64,000 nt of DNA. Origin: Acidobacteriota bacterium (GTDB taxonomy: Bacteria; Acidobacteriota; UBA890; WLXD01). Below are positions 53,489 to 63,577 of the stretch, in pieces. The stretch covers positions 512,001 through 576,000 of the forward strand of contig CBDBHB010000008.1 of NCBI GenBank assembly GCA_965205505.1. Reading direction: 5' to 3'. How positions within the stretch are numbered: the first letter of the stretch is position 1; every line of letters starts with the position of its first letter. The notes beneath the pieces are model-generated. The model worked only from the letters and a program-made list of their open reading frames with translations, was not told where the DNA came from and did no database searches. Both the position numbers and the translations under genes were made by a program.

Positions 53489-53682
53489 CGGCTACATGCG
53501 AGGCCCCCCAGCGCGGGACTCTCGACACTAGCTCTCCCTCTACAGTCCCAGTGTTGCCCGCTAGCGGCGGTCGGGGTTGCGGCCAAACTTGTCCCGCGCC
53601 GAGAGGTAACCTCATCCTAGTCGCAACGGGGGCGACTCGGCTACAGCGCGGGGAGCACTGAGCAACTCGGACACGGCTACAT
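53489..53682. repeat. Non-coding ~190-nt repeat unit, copy A
   Basis: CGGCTACAT recurs at 185-nt period; 53591-53682 aligns with 54314-54406. Confidence 0.85.
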
Positions 53683-53863
53683 GATGCGGGGAGCTAAGTT
53701 TCTGCCCGCGACTTTCCCTATTTCTGATAGTGGGGCGAAGTAGTCGCGGGCCATCGCCGATCGGGCGGCGCCGGCGGAGGTGGAGGAGGAAGAGGAGGAG
53801 GAGGAGGCTCCGGATATTTCCCTGTGTCCTGCGCCGTCCACAGTTTGTCGCTCTTCGGATCGG

Positions 53864-54136
53864 TCACTTAGTACCGTTCTCTTGTCTGGCGGCGAGGGCG
53901 CGGTCGATGGCATCATGTTTGAGCCTGGCGTGGATATCCTCGCTTACCCGCACCGCCCGCACCAGCGCCTCTACCTTCTCGGTGCATGTTTCCAGCAGGC
54001 CGTTGTCCACGTCGCGGGCTATCAACGCGCCGGCTAGTTTGCTCACTGCTTCCCGCGCCTCGTCGCGTAGGCTGTCGATGGTGGCGTCCATTTTCTCGAT
54101 GGCGGCTTCATATTGCTGTTTGGTGAACGGCATCAT
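53864..54136 (-). CDS. Hypothetical helical protein between repeat copies
   Basis: 90-aa ORF with GAGGGG upstream. Confidence 0.55.
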   Translation of the reverse strand: MMPFTKQQYEAAIEKMDATIDSLRDEAREAVSKLAGALIARDVDNGLLETCTEKVEALVRAVRVSEDIHARLKHDAIDRALAARQENGTK

Positions 54137-54219
54137 GCCCCTCGGACCCCGTAATTCTGGGGATTTTCGATACAACATGCAAGGCTGCGTAGCGCCTTCT
54201 CGCTCGCTAGGTTCCCCAG

Positions 54220-54538
54220 ACCCCCCCCCAACACGGGACGCCGCCGCTAATTGGACCTGGGACAGGCGCAGTCCTCTCGGGAAGCCTGCTACGGCGGTGA
54301 AGCACCCAAGCTCGTCCCGTGCCGAGAGGCAACAACCATCCTAGTCGCAACGGAGTCGACTCGGCTACAGCGGGGGGCGCACGGAGCAACTCGGACACGG
54401 CTACATACGAGCCCTCCCAACGCGAGACGCTCGCCGCTAGGCGTCTGTCTCTATCTACTTTCCTAGTGCTGCCCGCGTAGCGACTGCCATGGGGTCGCTG
54501 CCGGGCGCGTCCCGCGCCAAGAGGTAACACCATCCTAG
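54220..54538. repeat. Non-coding ~190-nt repeat unit, tandem copies B and partial C
   Basis: GTCCCG.GCC.AGAGG.AAC..CATCCTAG at 54314 and 54509 (195-nt period). Confidence 0.85.
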
Positions 54539-54630
54539 ACTCCCAGCAGCCCAACCGGGTAGTGCCTAGTGAACTGCGTCCTTCTTCGTGCCAACCGTCG
54601 GGTCGAGCTCGATGACTACGGTCCCTCCCG

Positions 54631-54659
54631 TGGACCCTCGCGTGCCCCAGCGATAGTCT
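54631..54659 (+). promoter_or_regulatory. Putative sigma70 promoter of kinase fragment
   Basis: TGGACC-N17-TAGTCT, conserved with 60847-60875. Confidence 0.55.
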
Positions 54660-54691
54660 GCAGGCGCTCACCCCCCCTCTGCGGTAGCGCC

Positions 54692-54990
54692 ATGGAACCT
54701 GGCACCAAACTAGGCCCCTACGAGATCACCGAGCAGCTCGGCGCTGGCGGCATGGGTGAGGTGTACCTGGCGCAGGACACGCGCCTGGGCCGCAAGGTGG
54801 CCATCAAGGTGCTGCCTGCCGAGTTCGCCTCTGACCCCGAGCGCCTGGCCCGCTTCGAGCAGGAGGCCCGCGCTGCCGCTGCCCTGAATCACCCGCACAT
54901 CGCCGCCGTCTTCGATGTCGGCACCGAGGACGGCACCCACTTCATGGTGCAGGAGTACCTGGAGGGAGACACGCTTCGGGAGCCGCTGAA
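54692..54990 (+). pseudogene. Truncated Ser/Thr kinase (N-lobe only)
   Basis: [23 protein letters not shown]; similarity ends before HRD. Confidence 0.88.
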
Positions 54991-55184
54991 GTTGTGCCGC
55001 GGACGCAGCGCGAGGATACTCGCAAGAACAACTGTAGAGCGAGCGCCGAGTCTCTCTCACCGTGGCCCGGTGTTGACAATTCCGCTGCGAAGAACCGCAA
55101 ACAACCGCAAGTAACACTAAGTCTCGGCTGCGCTAAACGCTGATAACGGCAAGCGATCGCAACTATTCGTCATCATGTCCCCGT

Positions 55185-55228
55185 TTCACACGGCGGAAGT
55201 CCCAGGTTCGAATCCCGGTTGCCCCCAC
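55185..55228 (+). other. 3' fragment of tRNA-Val(CAC), att remnant
   Basis: TTCACAC loop, GGCGG, AAGTC, CCAGG-TTCGAAT-CCCGG, acceptor strand; 5' half absent. Confidence 0.72.
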
Positions 55229-55444
55229 TTTCCCGTATCGCGCCGTCCGCTCGCCCAGCGACGTCGGATGCTGCTGCCCGGAAACTCAGCGGACGCTATC
55301 GGACACTAATCGGACACCTACGTGTTCCCATTTCTTCGAATCCCTTCGAAGTCTATCGAAAGGAGAAGGGATCATAACCTCTTGAGAATCAGTCGGTTCC
55401 GAGAAGCCCAGAGCGCTATCGAGCCCCTTCGAAAACAGGGTTCA

Positions 55445-55504
55445 CCGGACTCAAAATCCGGTGGGCTTACGCTCGTGAGGGTTCGAGTCCCTCCCTCGGT
55501 ACTT
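55445..55504 (+). repeat. Duplicated 3' part of tRNA-Leu(CAA) (att copy 2)
   Basis: 60 bp identical to 40091-40150. Confidence 0.95.
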
Positions 55505-55752
55505 CTTTAGATACAACGAGTTACAGTATTCTCGACGCCACTAGGGGCGTCAGGTAGCGGTTGCGTGGGGCCACATTTGGGGCCACATCACAGCGCAAGA
55601 TCGGTCCCCATAGCAAGGATCGATAAAGATCGAGAGCAGCCAGCAACACCGCGACGACAGGCGTTGCGGGAAATAGCCAGGTATCACGGGCGATCGCGGC
55701 AGGTGCGCGAAATGGGGTGAACCCTCCGCCGCTAACGCACGTCCGCCTTCCG

Positions 55753-56514
55753 TCAGAAGTCCTTGACCCGCTTGATGGTCTCCGCGTCGAGGAAGCAGGC
55801 GACGGTGGCCTCCCGTTCCAGCCGCATCGCAGCAGCGAGGTCCGTCATCGCCGTGCGGTAGAGCGTCCGGCGCATGGCGCGTACCGCCAGCGGCGGCAGC
55901 TCGGCGAGCTGGCGCGCCACAGCGCGCGCCTCGTCCATCAGCGCGGCATCGGGCACCACGCGCCAGGCAATGCCGTACTCGCGCAGCGTTGCGGCGTCGT
56001 AGCGCGCACCGAGAAACAGCATCTCTCTCGCGCGGTTGAGGCCGACCAGCGCTGGCAGCAGTGCGGTGACGCCGCCGGTGACGAACAGGTTGAGCGAGAC
56101 CTCCGGGAAGAAGCCCTTGGCGCTTTCGGCCCAGATCGGAAAGTCGCAGTTGATCGCCCATTCGAAGCCGCCGCCGACGGCCCAGCCGTTGATCGCGCCA
56201 ACCACCGGCTTGCCGCCGAAGACGATGGCGTCGGTCGCGCGCTGGATCGCGTCGACGATGTCGCGTGCAGCGGCCTCGGTCTCCGGGTGCGTGTGCTCGC
56301 GCCGGTCATCGCCGGCACAGAACCCGCGGCCGGCGCCGGTGAAGATCACTGCCCGCGTGTCGGGGTCGGCGTCGGCGTCGGCGAAGGCCTGCGCCACGTC
56401 GTCGATCAACTGGCGGTTCATGGCGTTGAGGCTCTCCGGCCGATTAAGCGTGATGGTGCGGACGCCGTCGGCCTCGCGCTCGCTCAGCACCGTCGCGTAG
56501 CCGAATGCAGTCAT
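55753..56514 (-). CDS. Enoyl-CoA hydratase/isomerase family protein
   Basis: ITLNRPESLNAM, FCAGDD, GWAVGGGFE, FPE. Confidence 0.92.
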   Translation of the reverse strand: MTAFGYATVLSEREADGVRTITLNRPESLNAMNRQLIDDVAQAFADADADPDTRAVIFTGAGRGFCAGDDRREHTHPETEAAARDIVDAIQRATDAIVFGGKPVVGAINGWAVGGGFEWAINCDFPIWAESAKGFFPEVSLNLFVTGGVTALLPALVGLNRAREMLFLGARYDAATLREYGIAWRVVPDAALMDEARAVARQLAELPPLAVRAMRRTLYRTAMTDLAAAMRLEREATVACFLDAETIKRVKDF

Positions 56515-57827
56515 GTGTAGGTTCTCCAGACGCGGCGAGTCTTTCCTTCGGTGCGCGGCAGGCTGAGCGGTGGCAGCACCGTCACCCGCGCCGTGGCGCC
56601 AAGCTCCCGCTTGATTGCCGCCTCGATGCTGGCCGCCAGATCAGCGCCGTCCTGCCCTTCGGCTAGCTCGACCTCGACCGGCAGCACATCGTAGGGCGGC
56701 GGCCGGTCGAGCACGATGCGGTACTCGCCGCTCGCCGCGTCGAAGCGGTTGAGCACGGACGCCACCATGGTCGGGTATGTATTGAGACCGCGCACCACCA
56801 CCATGTCGTCGCTGCGGCCGACGACGCGGAACCGCGGTACCGTGCGGCCGCAGTCAGCCCGGCCGGTGCCGGTCAACGTGACGATGTCGCCGGTGCGGAA
56901 GCGCACCAGCGGCTGGCAATCCTTAGCGAGGTGGGTCAGCACCAGCTCGCCGGACTCGCCCTCGCGCCACGGCAGCCGGATGCCGGCGTCGGGGTCGATC
57001 AGCTCCGCCTCCAGCACGTCGGTCGCCATGAGGTGCAGGTCGTTGCAGAGTTCCGTCTGGCCGGCGAAGTTGCACAGCACGTCGGAGACGCCGTAGTTCG
57101 CGTTGCGGGCGCGGAAGCCCCAGGTCTCCTCCAGCCGGGCACGGAACGCCGGGTCGTCGAGGCCGGGCTCTCCGCCGAACAGGCCGAGCTGCAGGCCGAG
57201 GTCACGCGGCGCCAGGCCGGGATAGTGCTCCGCCAGGACCTGCCCCAGCACCGCCGGATAGGAGGGCGTGCAGGAGATCGCGGTGACGCCGAGCTCGCGG
57301 ATCACCCGGATCAGGCCCGTACTGCCGCCGACCCCGTAGGGGATCACCGTGGCGCCGGTGGCCTCCAGCGTCGTGTGGTCGGTGAACCCGCCCATCCAAA
57401 GCTGATAGTTGAGACAGTGCACCACCCGGTGGCCCGGTCCGAGTCCGGCAGCGGACTGGGCGCGCGCGCCGACCGCAGCGGTCATCCTCGCGTCCGCGGC
57501 CGACAGCGCCAAGTTCATGGCGTCGCCGGTGGTCGCCGAGGTGCGGTGGACGCGGCAAATTTCCTGCGGCGGCGCGGCGAGGTAGCTGCCGAACGGCGGC
57601 TGGGCGCGCTGGTCGGCGCGCAGCATCTCCTTGTCAGTGAACGGCAGGTCCGCCAGCTCCGCGAGGTCGCCGGTCAGTTTCAACCCGGCGAAGTGCCTTG
57701 CGTAGAACACGGACGCGCGCGCTACATAGGCGCTCTGCGCGCGCCAACGGTCTGTGCGGATCGCTGCGAGGTCGCCTTCGTCGAGGAACTCTGCCCCATC
57801 GATCGCGTGCTGTGTCCGCACCGTCAT
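56511..57827 (-). CDS. Phenylacetate-CoA ligase (PaaK)-family protein
   Basis: LPFTDK, TSATTG, GGEP, RFRTGD, GRSDDM..VRG.N. Confidence 0.88.
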   Translation of the reverse strand: MTVRTQHAIDGAEFLDEGDLAAIRTDRWRAQSAYVARASVFYARHFAGLKLTGDLAELADLPFTDKEMLRADQRAQPPFGSYLAAPPQEICRVHRTSATTGDAMNLALSAADARMTAAVGARAQSAAGLGPGHRVVHCLNYQLWMGGFTDHTTLEATGATVIPYGVGGSTGLIRVIRELGVTAISCTPSYPAVLGQVLAEHYPGLAPRDLGLQLGLFGGEPGLDDPAFRARLEETWGFRARNANYGVSDVLCNFAGQTELCNDLHLMATDVLEAELIDPDAGIRLPWREGESGELVLTHLAKDCQPLVRFRTGDIVTLTGTGRADCGRTVPRFRVVGRSDDMVVVRGLNTYPTMVASVLNRFDAASGEYRIVLDRPPPYDVLPVEVELAEGQDGADLAASIEAAIKRELGATARVTVLPPLSLPRTEGKTRRVWRTYT

Positions 57828-58059
57828 CCGCCGTACAAATAGCCAGGATTGAATTTGCTGCAACCCAGACTGTCTACCACTCGACAGTCTCCCTGTCTCG
57901 GCTCCTGTTGCCGGTTATGCTCCCGTGCGGCAAGCGCTCAGGTGGGGGTCGCTGCCAGCAAAGCAGCAGCAACTAGCCGCGGGGGCTGCAGCGCTGCGGC
58001 TTCACCGCGATTGGTTGAGCGAACGACCCACTGACCAACCACCTGCCTGTTCCCGTCGC

Positions 58060-60030
58060 CTAGGGGAGCGCCACCGCGACGTACTCCGGCGGGTGGTTCT
58101 GGTCGCCGACCGACACGACGATGTACTGCCTACCGTCTAGCATGTAGGTCATGGGGCCGGCTGTGGTTCCGGATGGCAACTCCATGGCCCACACCACGTC
58201 GCCGGTAGCCTTGTCATAGGCGCGAAAGACCCTGCCCCAGGCCCACTCCTCGTCGAGGGTACCCATGACGGCGTTGCTGCCCTCTCCGAGGAAGAGCAGG
58301 GTCTTGGTCAGCAGCGGCGCCGGACGGTTCGGAACGCCGAGCGGCGGCAGGTTCAGGTGCCGCAGCAACGGGTGCTTTCGCTGCCCGTCGCCGTTGGCCG
58401 CCATCCACAGCTGCTCGCCGCGGTTCAGGTCCAGGGCCGTGATGCGGCCGTGGGGGGGCTTCATGATGAACAGCCCGTCGATCGTGGGCGCGGCGGCCGG
58501 CTCGTAGGCGTACTCCATGGTCGCCGCCGGGTCGGTCTGCTTGACTGCGTTGCGGTTCGTCGGGCCGTAGGAGCTGTTGGAGACCGCGTAGTAGACGCCG
58601 GTCTCCGGGTCGAACGCGCCAGTGTTCCAGTTGCCCGCGCCCCAGGAGCCGGGGTACAGCAGCGAGCCCTTCGTGCCTCCGGGCTCGTCGCTGGGGACGG
58701 AGGGCGGCGTGAACAGGGGCCCGGTGACGTACTGGCTGGCGAGCTCGCGCGCCTGGCGGTTGAGCGCCGGCGTGTAGTCGATCAGGTCGGCTTCGGTGAT
58801 GCCCTGCCAGTCGAACGGCGGCGGCTTGGTGGGGAACGGCTGTGTCGGCGAGGCTGCCTCCCCGGGCACCGTCGACGCCGGCACCGGGCGCTCCTCGATG
58901 GGCCACAAGGGCTCGCCGTTCCGGCGGTCGAACACGAACAGGAACGCGTGCTTGGTGGGCTGCATCACCACCGGGATCCGGCGCCCGTCGACCGTGATCT
59001 CGCCCAGCGTCGCCGGGCCGATGGGCTCGTAGTCCCACAGGCCATGGTGGATCATCTGGAAGTGCCAGACGCGCTCACCGGTCTGCGCGTCGAGCGCCAC
59101 GAGGCTGTTGGAAAAGAGGTTGTCGCCCGGCCTCCAGCCCCCGTACCAGGCGGTCGTCGGAGCCGAGAACGCCACATACACGTGGCCGAGCTCCTCGTCG
59201 GCGCTCATCAGCGACCAGGCACCCATGTCGCCGGCGACCTTCCACGAGTCGTTGCCCCAGGTCGAGACGCCGAACTCGCCTTCTTGTGGCACCACGTGGA
59301 ACGTCCACAGCAACTCGCCCGTGCGCACGTCATAGCCACGGGCATCCTCGGGAACCGCTTCCCTCTTGTTGCCCCTGTCCCCGGCGCCGGCGGTTAAGCC
59401 GCTGACCACAACGACATCACCGACGATGATCGGGCCGCTGCTGTCGCTGAACCTGCCGGCGAGCGGCTGACGATCCTCGAACCTCAGGCTGACCCTGCCG
59501 TCGTCGCCGAAATCACCGTACGGCTCGCCGGTGCCGGTGTTGAGTGCGTACAGATACTCGCCGCGAACCGCGAGGATCCGGTCGTCTCCAGAGCCACTGC
59601 TCCAGTAGTCGACGCCACGAGTGGACTCGCCCTCGGCCTCCTCCTGGGTGAACTCGACGAGCTCCTGTTCCCAGACGATCTCGCCGGTGGCTGCGTCGAG
59701 GGCGATCACCAGGCCGTGGGCGTCCTGCGTGTAGAGCACACCGTCGACGAAGATCGGCGTGGAGCGCAGGTAGGCGCTGGGGAACAGGTCGGGAAACGCC
59801 TCGGTGAGCTCGCTGCGCACTGCCGGGCGCCGCCAGACGATACGCAGGTCGGCGACGTTGTCGCGGTGAATCTGATCGAGGGGGGAGTAGCGGGTGAACG
59901 CTTTGCTGCCACCGAAGTAGCTCCACTCCGACTGCTGTGGTTGTGTAGGCGGGGTTGTTGCGGCCGGTAGCGCCCCCGCACCGAGGCTGGCCATGAGGCA
60001 GATGATGACGGAATGGCGGAAACGAGCCAT
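58060..60030 (-). CDS. PQQ-dependent (glucose/quinate-type) dehydrogenase, secreted
   Basis: RYSPLDQI, WHFQMIHHGLWDY, AYDKATGDVVW, PMTYMLDGRQY. Confidence 0.9.
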   Translation of the reverse strand: MARFRHSVIICLMASLGAGALPAATTPPTQPQQSEWSYFGGSKAFTRYSPLDQIHRDNVADLRIVWRRPAVRSELTEAFPDLFPSAYLRSTPIFVDGVLYTQDAHGLVIALDAATGEIVWEQELVEFTQEEAEGESTRGVDYWSSGSGDDRILAVRGEYLYALNTGTGEPYGDFGDDGRVSLRFEDRQPLAGRFSDSSGPIIVGDVVVVSGLTAGAGDRGNKREAVPEDARGYDVRTGELLWTFHVVPQEGEFGVSTWGNDSWKVAGDMGAWSLMSADEELGHVYVAFSAPTTAWYGGWRPGDNLFSNSLVALDAQTGERVWHFQMIHHGLWDYEPIGPATLGEITVDGRRIPVVMQPTKHAFLFVFDRRNGEPLWPIEERPVPASTVPGEAASPTQPFPTKPPPFDWQGITEADLIDYTPALNRQARELASQYVTGPLFTPPSVPSDEPGGTKGSLLYPGSWGAGNWNTGAFDPETGVYYAVSNSSYGPTNRNAVKQTDPAATMEYAYEPAAAPTIDGLFIMKPPHGRITALDLNRGEQLWMAANGDGQRKHPLLRHLNLPPLGVPNRPAPLLTKTLLFLGEGSNAVMGTLDEEWAWGRVFRAYDKATGDVVWAMELPSGTTAGPMTYMLDGRQYIVVSVGDQNHPPEYVAVALP

Positions 60031-60587
60031 TGCAGGTCCTCCTGAACTGGTCTCCAGTCCCTGCGAACGAGCAGCTCGCAGGGCAGACGTACGCTTTAGT
60101 CGTGACAGAGTAACGGCATCGCCGTGGCTCTTCACCGGGACGCAACGTCGCCGGTCCATTGGCCACCCTCGCAGCCTTGCGACCCCGCGCCTGGGGCCGG
60201 GAGAGTCTAGCCTCGGCCACGACTATGCCTCAACCGGGCGAACGCCCGATCTCGTGGACATCCGTGGGTAAGTGGCCACGAAAAGAGCCTCTTCGAGGCA
60301 ACTGGGTCGACGAGCTGCAGCGACTCGTGCCGACGGAGCCGTAGCGGGCTCAGCGGAGTCTTGTGAGCCGCCCAGAGAGGTTCGATCCGGCCCTGCGTAA
60401 CGCGCTGGCCCGGCCACCCAGACGTGGCACAGTTTTTGGCACAGTACGCCCTGCATTGATCTGCAACGAAAGTGCATGATCGCGTACGATCTGCACCCCC
60501 GGCGAGCATACTGAGAGCCCGGCCCTAGGCGAAACTCCAGGGATGGCAAGGGGTTGCGGGCATGGGCGTTGAGGCACGTGCACCGTT

Positions 60588-60642
60588 CTCAAAATCCGGT
60601 GGGCTTACGCTCGTGAGGGTTCGAGTCCCTCCCTCGGTACTT
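60588..60642 (+). repeat. Duplicated 3' part of tRNA-Leu(CAA) (att copy 3)
   Basis: 55 bp identical to 40096-40150, beginning at the anticodon loop. Confidence 0.95.
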
Positions 60643-60846
60643 GAAAACAAAGGACTTACGCGGCGGCGCGGGTTCGAGTTGTTGTCTCGTACGGGCTGAT
60701 TGTCCCCATTCTGTCCCTGTCGCGGGCCTCGGGCCTTCCACGGGGTGCGAGCACAGCGAAGCGCCCTCGCGATAGGTGGCTTCCGGAATCCCGTGGTATC
60801 GGGACGTTCTGCACGCGAAGCTGGGGACAAGACGCGGCACCCTCCG

Positions 60847-60875
60847 TGGACCCTCGCCCGTCCCAGCGATAGGCT
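60847..60875 (+). promoter_or_regulatory. Putative sigma70 promoter of kinase gene
   Basis: TGGACC-N17-TAGGCT. Confidence 0.55.
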
Positions 60876-60908
60876 TCCGGCGTTCCCCCACATCCCTGTG
60901 GAAGCGCC

Positions 60909-63563
60909 ATGGACCCCGGCACCCGACTCGGCCACTACGAGATCCTCGCCCCGCTCGGCGCAGGCGGGATGGGGCAAGTGTACCGAGCCCGCGACACGAC
61001 GCTGGATCGTGATGTCGCCATCAAGGTGCTGCCGGAGGACTTCGCCAGCGATGCCAACAGGCTGGCTCGATTCGAGCGCGAAGCCAAGCTGCTCGCATCG
61101 CTGAACCACCCGAACATCGCCACCATCCACGGCTTCGATGAATCCGACGGTGTGCGCTTCATCGCCATGGAGTTGGTCGAGGGCCAGAGCCTCGCCGAGC
61201 GCATCGCAGCCTCCGGTCGCATCGAGATCGATGAGGCGTTGGAGATCGCTCGCCGGATCGCTCTGGCGCTCGAAGCTGCCCACGAGGCAGGTGTCATCCA
61301 TCGTGATCTGAAGCCTGCCAACGTGCAGGTCGCAACCGATGGCACGGTCAAGGTGCTCGACTTCGGGTTGGCAAAAGCCTACGAAGTGGACGGCAGCGAT
61401 CCGTCATCGGATCTGAGCCACTCGCCCACCATGATGGCGGCTACCGGCGCCGGCGTGATCATGGGTACGGCCCCCTACATGAGCCCAGAGCAGGCGCGTG
61501 GCACCCCGGTTGATAAACGGAGCGATATCTGGGCTTTTGGTTGTGTGCTGTACGAGATGTTGAGCGGTCACCGTACGTTTGCGGCCGACTCCGTGTCCGA
61601 GACGTTGGCGGAGATGCTGAAGTCCGAGCCGGATTGGAGCAGGCTCCCGGTCGACACGCCCGATGCGATCCGGCGCCTGCTGCGCCGGAGCCTGCGCAAG
61701 GACCCGAGGGTCCGGTTGCCCGACATAGGTGTGGCGAGGCTCGAGATCGATGACGCGGTCGTGGAACCGGCCGGCCCCCAGCCCCCGGCCGGACAACCGC
61801 CTTCGGGTAGCGGTTGGCGACAACGGCTCCCCTGGGCGCTCGCCGCGCTGTTCGCGGTGGCAGCCGGAGTCGGCATATGGACGGGTCTGCAGCCACGCGA
61901 CGCGCCCCCGCCGCAGCGACTCGATATGGCGCTTCCGTTCCCGCAGCAACTCGCGCGGAGCGCGGAGGGGGGCGTGAGTCCCATCGCGCTGTCGCCCGAC
62001 GGGCAGCTGTTCGCCTACGTGGCCGCCCGGCCCGGTGCAACGACCCAACTGTTTCTTCGCGCCATCGATGCGTTCGAGTCGAGGCCGATCGAGGGCAGCC
62101 AGCGCGCACAGGCCCCCTTTTTCTCGCCGGACGGCCGGTCGATCGGTTTCTTCGCCAACGAGGCGCTTTGGAAGGTCTCGCTCCCTGACGGGCAGCCGCT
62201 GAAGATCGCCGACATGACCGTGCTTTTCCCGAGCGCGAGCTGGGGGGTCGACGGCACCATCATCTTTTCGAACTATTCGCTCGGCTTGGCCGAAGTGTCG
62301 GCGGAGGGGGGAGAGCCCGAGCCGCTGACCCATCCGGATCCCGAGCATGGAGAGCTACGCTACTTCGCGCCCCAGATCCTCCCCGGCGGGCGCTCCGTGC
62401 TGTTCACCGTCGCCGACGCCGACAGTTTTTTCGTCGCGGTCCTGTCCCGGGAGTCGAACCAGTGGCATCGGGTACTCGACAATGCCGAGAGTGCGCGGTA
62501 CGTCTCGACCGGTCACCTCGTCTTTGCTCCGTCGGGGGCGTTGCATGCGATTTCGTTTGAGCTCGACGGTCTGGAGACCAGCGGCGCCGCGTTCTCGACG
62601 GCAGAAAGGGTGCCGTCGGCCGTGGGTCTGGGTGCCCAGCGTTTCGCGGTTTCCGATGCCGGCACACTCGCGTACCTGCCGGAAGATGCGGGAGCGACGA
62701 GCACCAGGTTGGTGTGGGTAGACCGGCAGGGTGGTGTGATCCCCATCCTGGACGACCCTGCCCCCTTCCGCTCCCCCCGAGTGTCGCCCGACGGCAAACG
62801 GATTGCCATCATCGCCGGCACCGACATCTGGGTCTACGATGCCGAGCGTGCCACTCCCAGCGTGCTGACCACCGACGGGTACAATCTCTCGCCCTTGTGG
62901 GACGGAGATCGGCTGCTGTTTTCCGCGGTCAGGTCGGGGGCTTATTTCGACATACACTCGGTGCCGGCAAACGGGGGGGCCGAGCCGGAGCTGCTCCTAC
63001 GACGCGAGAGTCGTCAATTCCCGTTCTCGCGGGGTGGGCCCGACATGAGTGTCATCAGCTTCGTCGAGGTCACGCCGGTGGGAGGAGACGTTGGCATGCT
63101 GGAAGGGGGGACGGCGAGCATCGTCCTCGACGGCGCCTACAACGAACACTCTCCGGTGTTCCATCCCGACGGTCGATGGTTCGCGTACGTTTCCGACGAA
63201 TCCGGCGAAGAAGAAGTCTACGTGACGCGATATCCGGAACGCGCCGACCGTGTGCCGGTATCCCGTGGTGGCGGCCGTGAACCGGTGTGGTCGCGCGACG
63301 GTCGTGAACTGTTCTATCGCAACGGGGAGCGGGTAATGGTCGTCGATGTACAGAGCACCGACAACGCCTTCACGGCCGAGTCGCCACAGGAGCTCTTCCA
63401 GGGGAGGTTCTCGCTGCTGGGCGTCGGCACCATCAGCTACGACGTCGCCCCCGACGGCCGGTTCGTCATGCTGCAGCTGCCCGAGGTCACCTCGTCTCGA
63501 ATCAAGGTGGTTCTTCATTGGTTGGAGGAGCTGAAAGAGCTGGTTGCGACGGGAGGGCGGTGA
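60909..63563 (+). CDS. Hanks-type Ser/Thr kinase with TM helix and TolB-like (PD40) beta-propeller
   Basis: GAGGMG, HRDLKPAN, DFG, YMSPE; repeated SPDG blades. Confidence 0.95.
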   Translation: MDPGTRLGHYEILAPLGAGGMGQVYRARDTTLDRDVAIKVLPEDFASDANRLARFEREAKLLASLNHPNIATIHGFDESDGVRFIAMELVEGQSLAERIAASGRIEIDEALEIARRIALALEAAHEAGVIHRDLKPANVQVATDGTVKVLDFGLAKAYEVDGSDPSSDLSHSPTMMAATGAGVIMGTAPYMSPEQARGTPVDKRSDIWAFGCVLYEMLSGHRTFAADSVSETLAEMLKSEPDWSRLPVDTPDAIRRLLRRSLRKDPRVRLPDIGVARLEIDDAVVEPAGPQPPAGQPPSGSGWRQRLPWALAALFAVAAGVGIWTGLQPRDAPPPQRLDMALPFPQQLARSAEGGVSPIALSPDGQLFAYVAARPGATTQLFLRAIDAFESRPIEGSQRAQAPFFSPDGRSIGFFANEALWKVSLPDGQPLKIADMTVLFPSASWGVDGTIIFSNYSLGLAEVSAEGGEPEPLTHPDPEHGELRYFAPQILPGGRSVLFTVADADSFFVAVLSRESNQWHRVLDNAESARYVSTGHLVFAPSGALHAISFELDGLETSGAAFSTAERVPSAVGLGAQRFAVSDAGTLAYLPEDAGATSTRLVWVDRQGGVIPILDDPAPFRSPRVSPDGKRIAIIAGTDIWVYDAERATPSVLTTDGYNLSPLWDGDRLLFSAVRSGAYFDIHSVPANGGAEPELLLRRESRQFPFSRGGPDMSVISFVEVTPVGGDVGMLEGGTASIVLDGAYNEHSPVFHPDGRWFAYVSDESGEEEVYVTRYPERADRVPVSRGGGREPVWSRDGRELFYRNGERVMVVDVQSTDNAFTAESPQELFQGRFSLLGVGTISYDVAPDGRFVMLQLPEVTSSRIKVVLHWLEELKELVATGGR

Positions 63564-63577
63564 CCCTCGGGCTGTGG

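Larger units (their letters stand above)
40091..55504. mobile_element. ~15.4-kb island bounded by 60-bp tRNA-Leu(CAA) direct repeats; no integrase inside
   Basis: 40091-40150 identical to 55445-55504; same tandem TCGGACAC motif inside both ends (40212-40232, 55299-55318). Confidence 0.85.
55445..60642. mobile_element. ~5.2-kb second tandem island between att copies 2 and 3; no integrase
   Basis: Bounded by 55-bp identical tRNA-Leu 3' repeats. Confidence 0.75.

Noticed and set aside
53776-53807. GGA purine tract encoding poly-Glu or poly-Ser
   Set aside because: Low-complexity tract with no convincing gene context
55445-55504. Second and third functional tRNA-Leu genes (also 60588-60642)
   Set aside because: Both lack the 5' acceptor strand and D-arm, so they are att duplications
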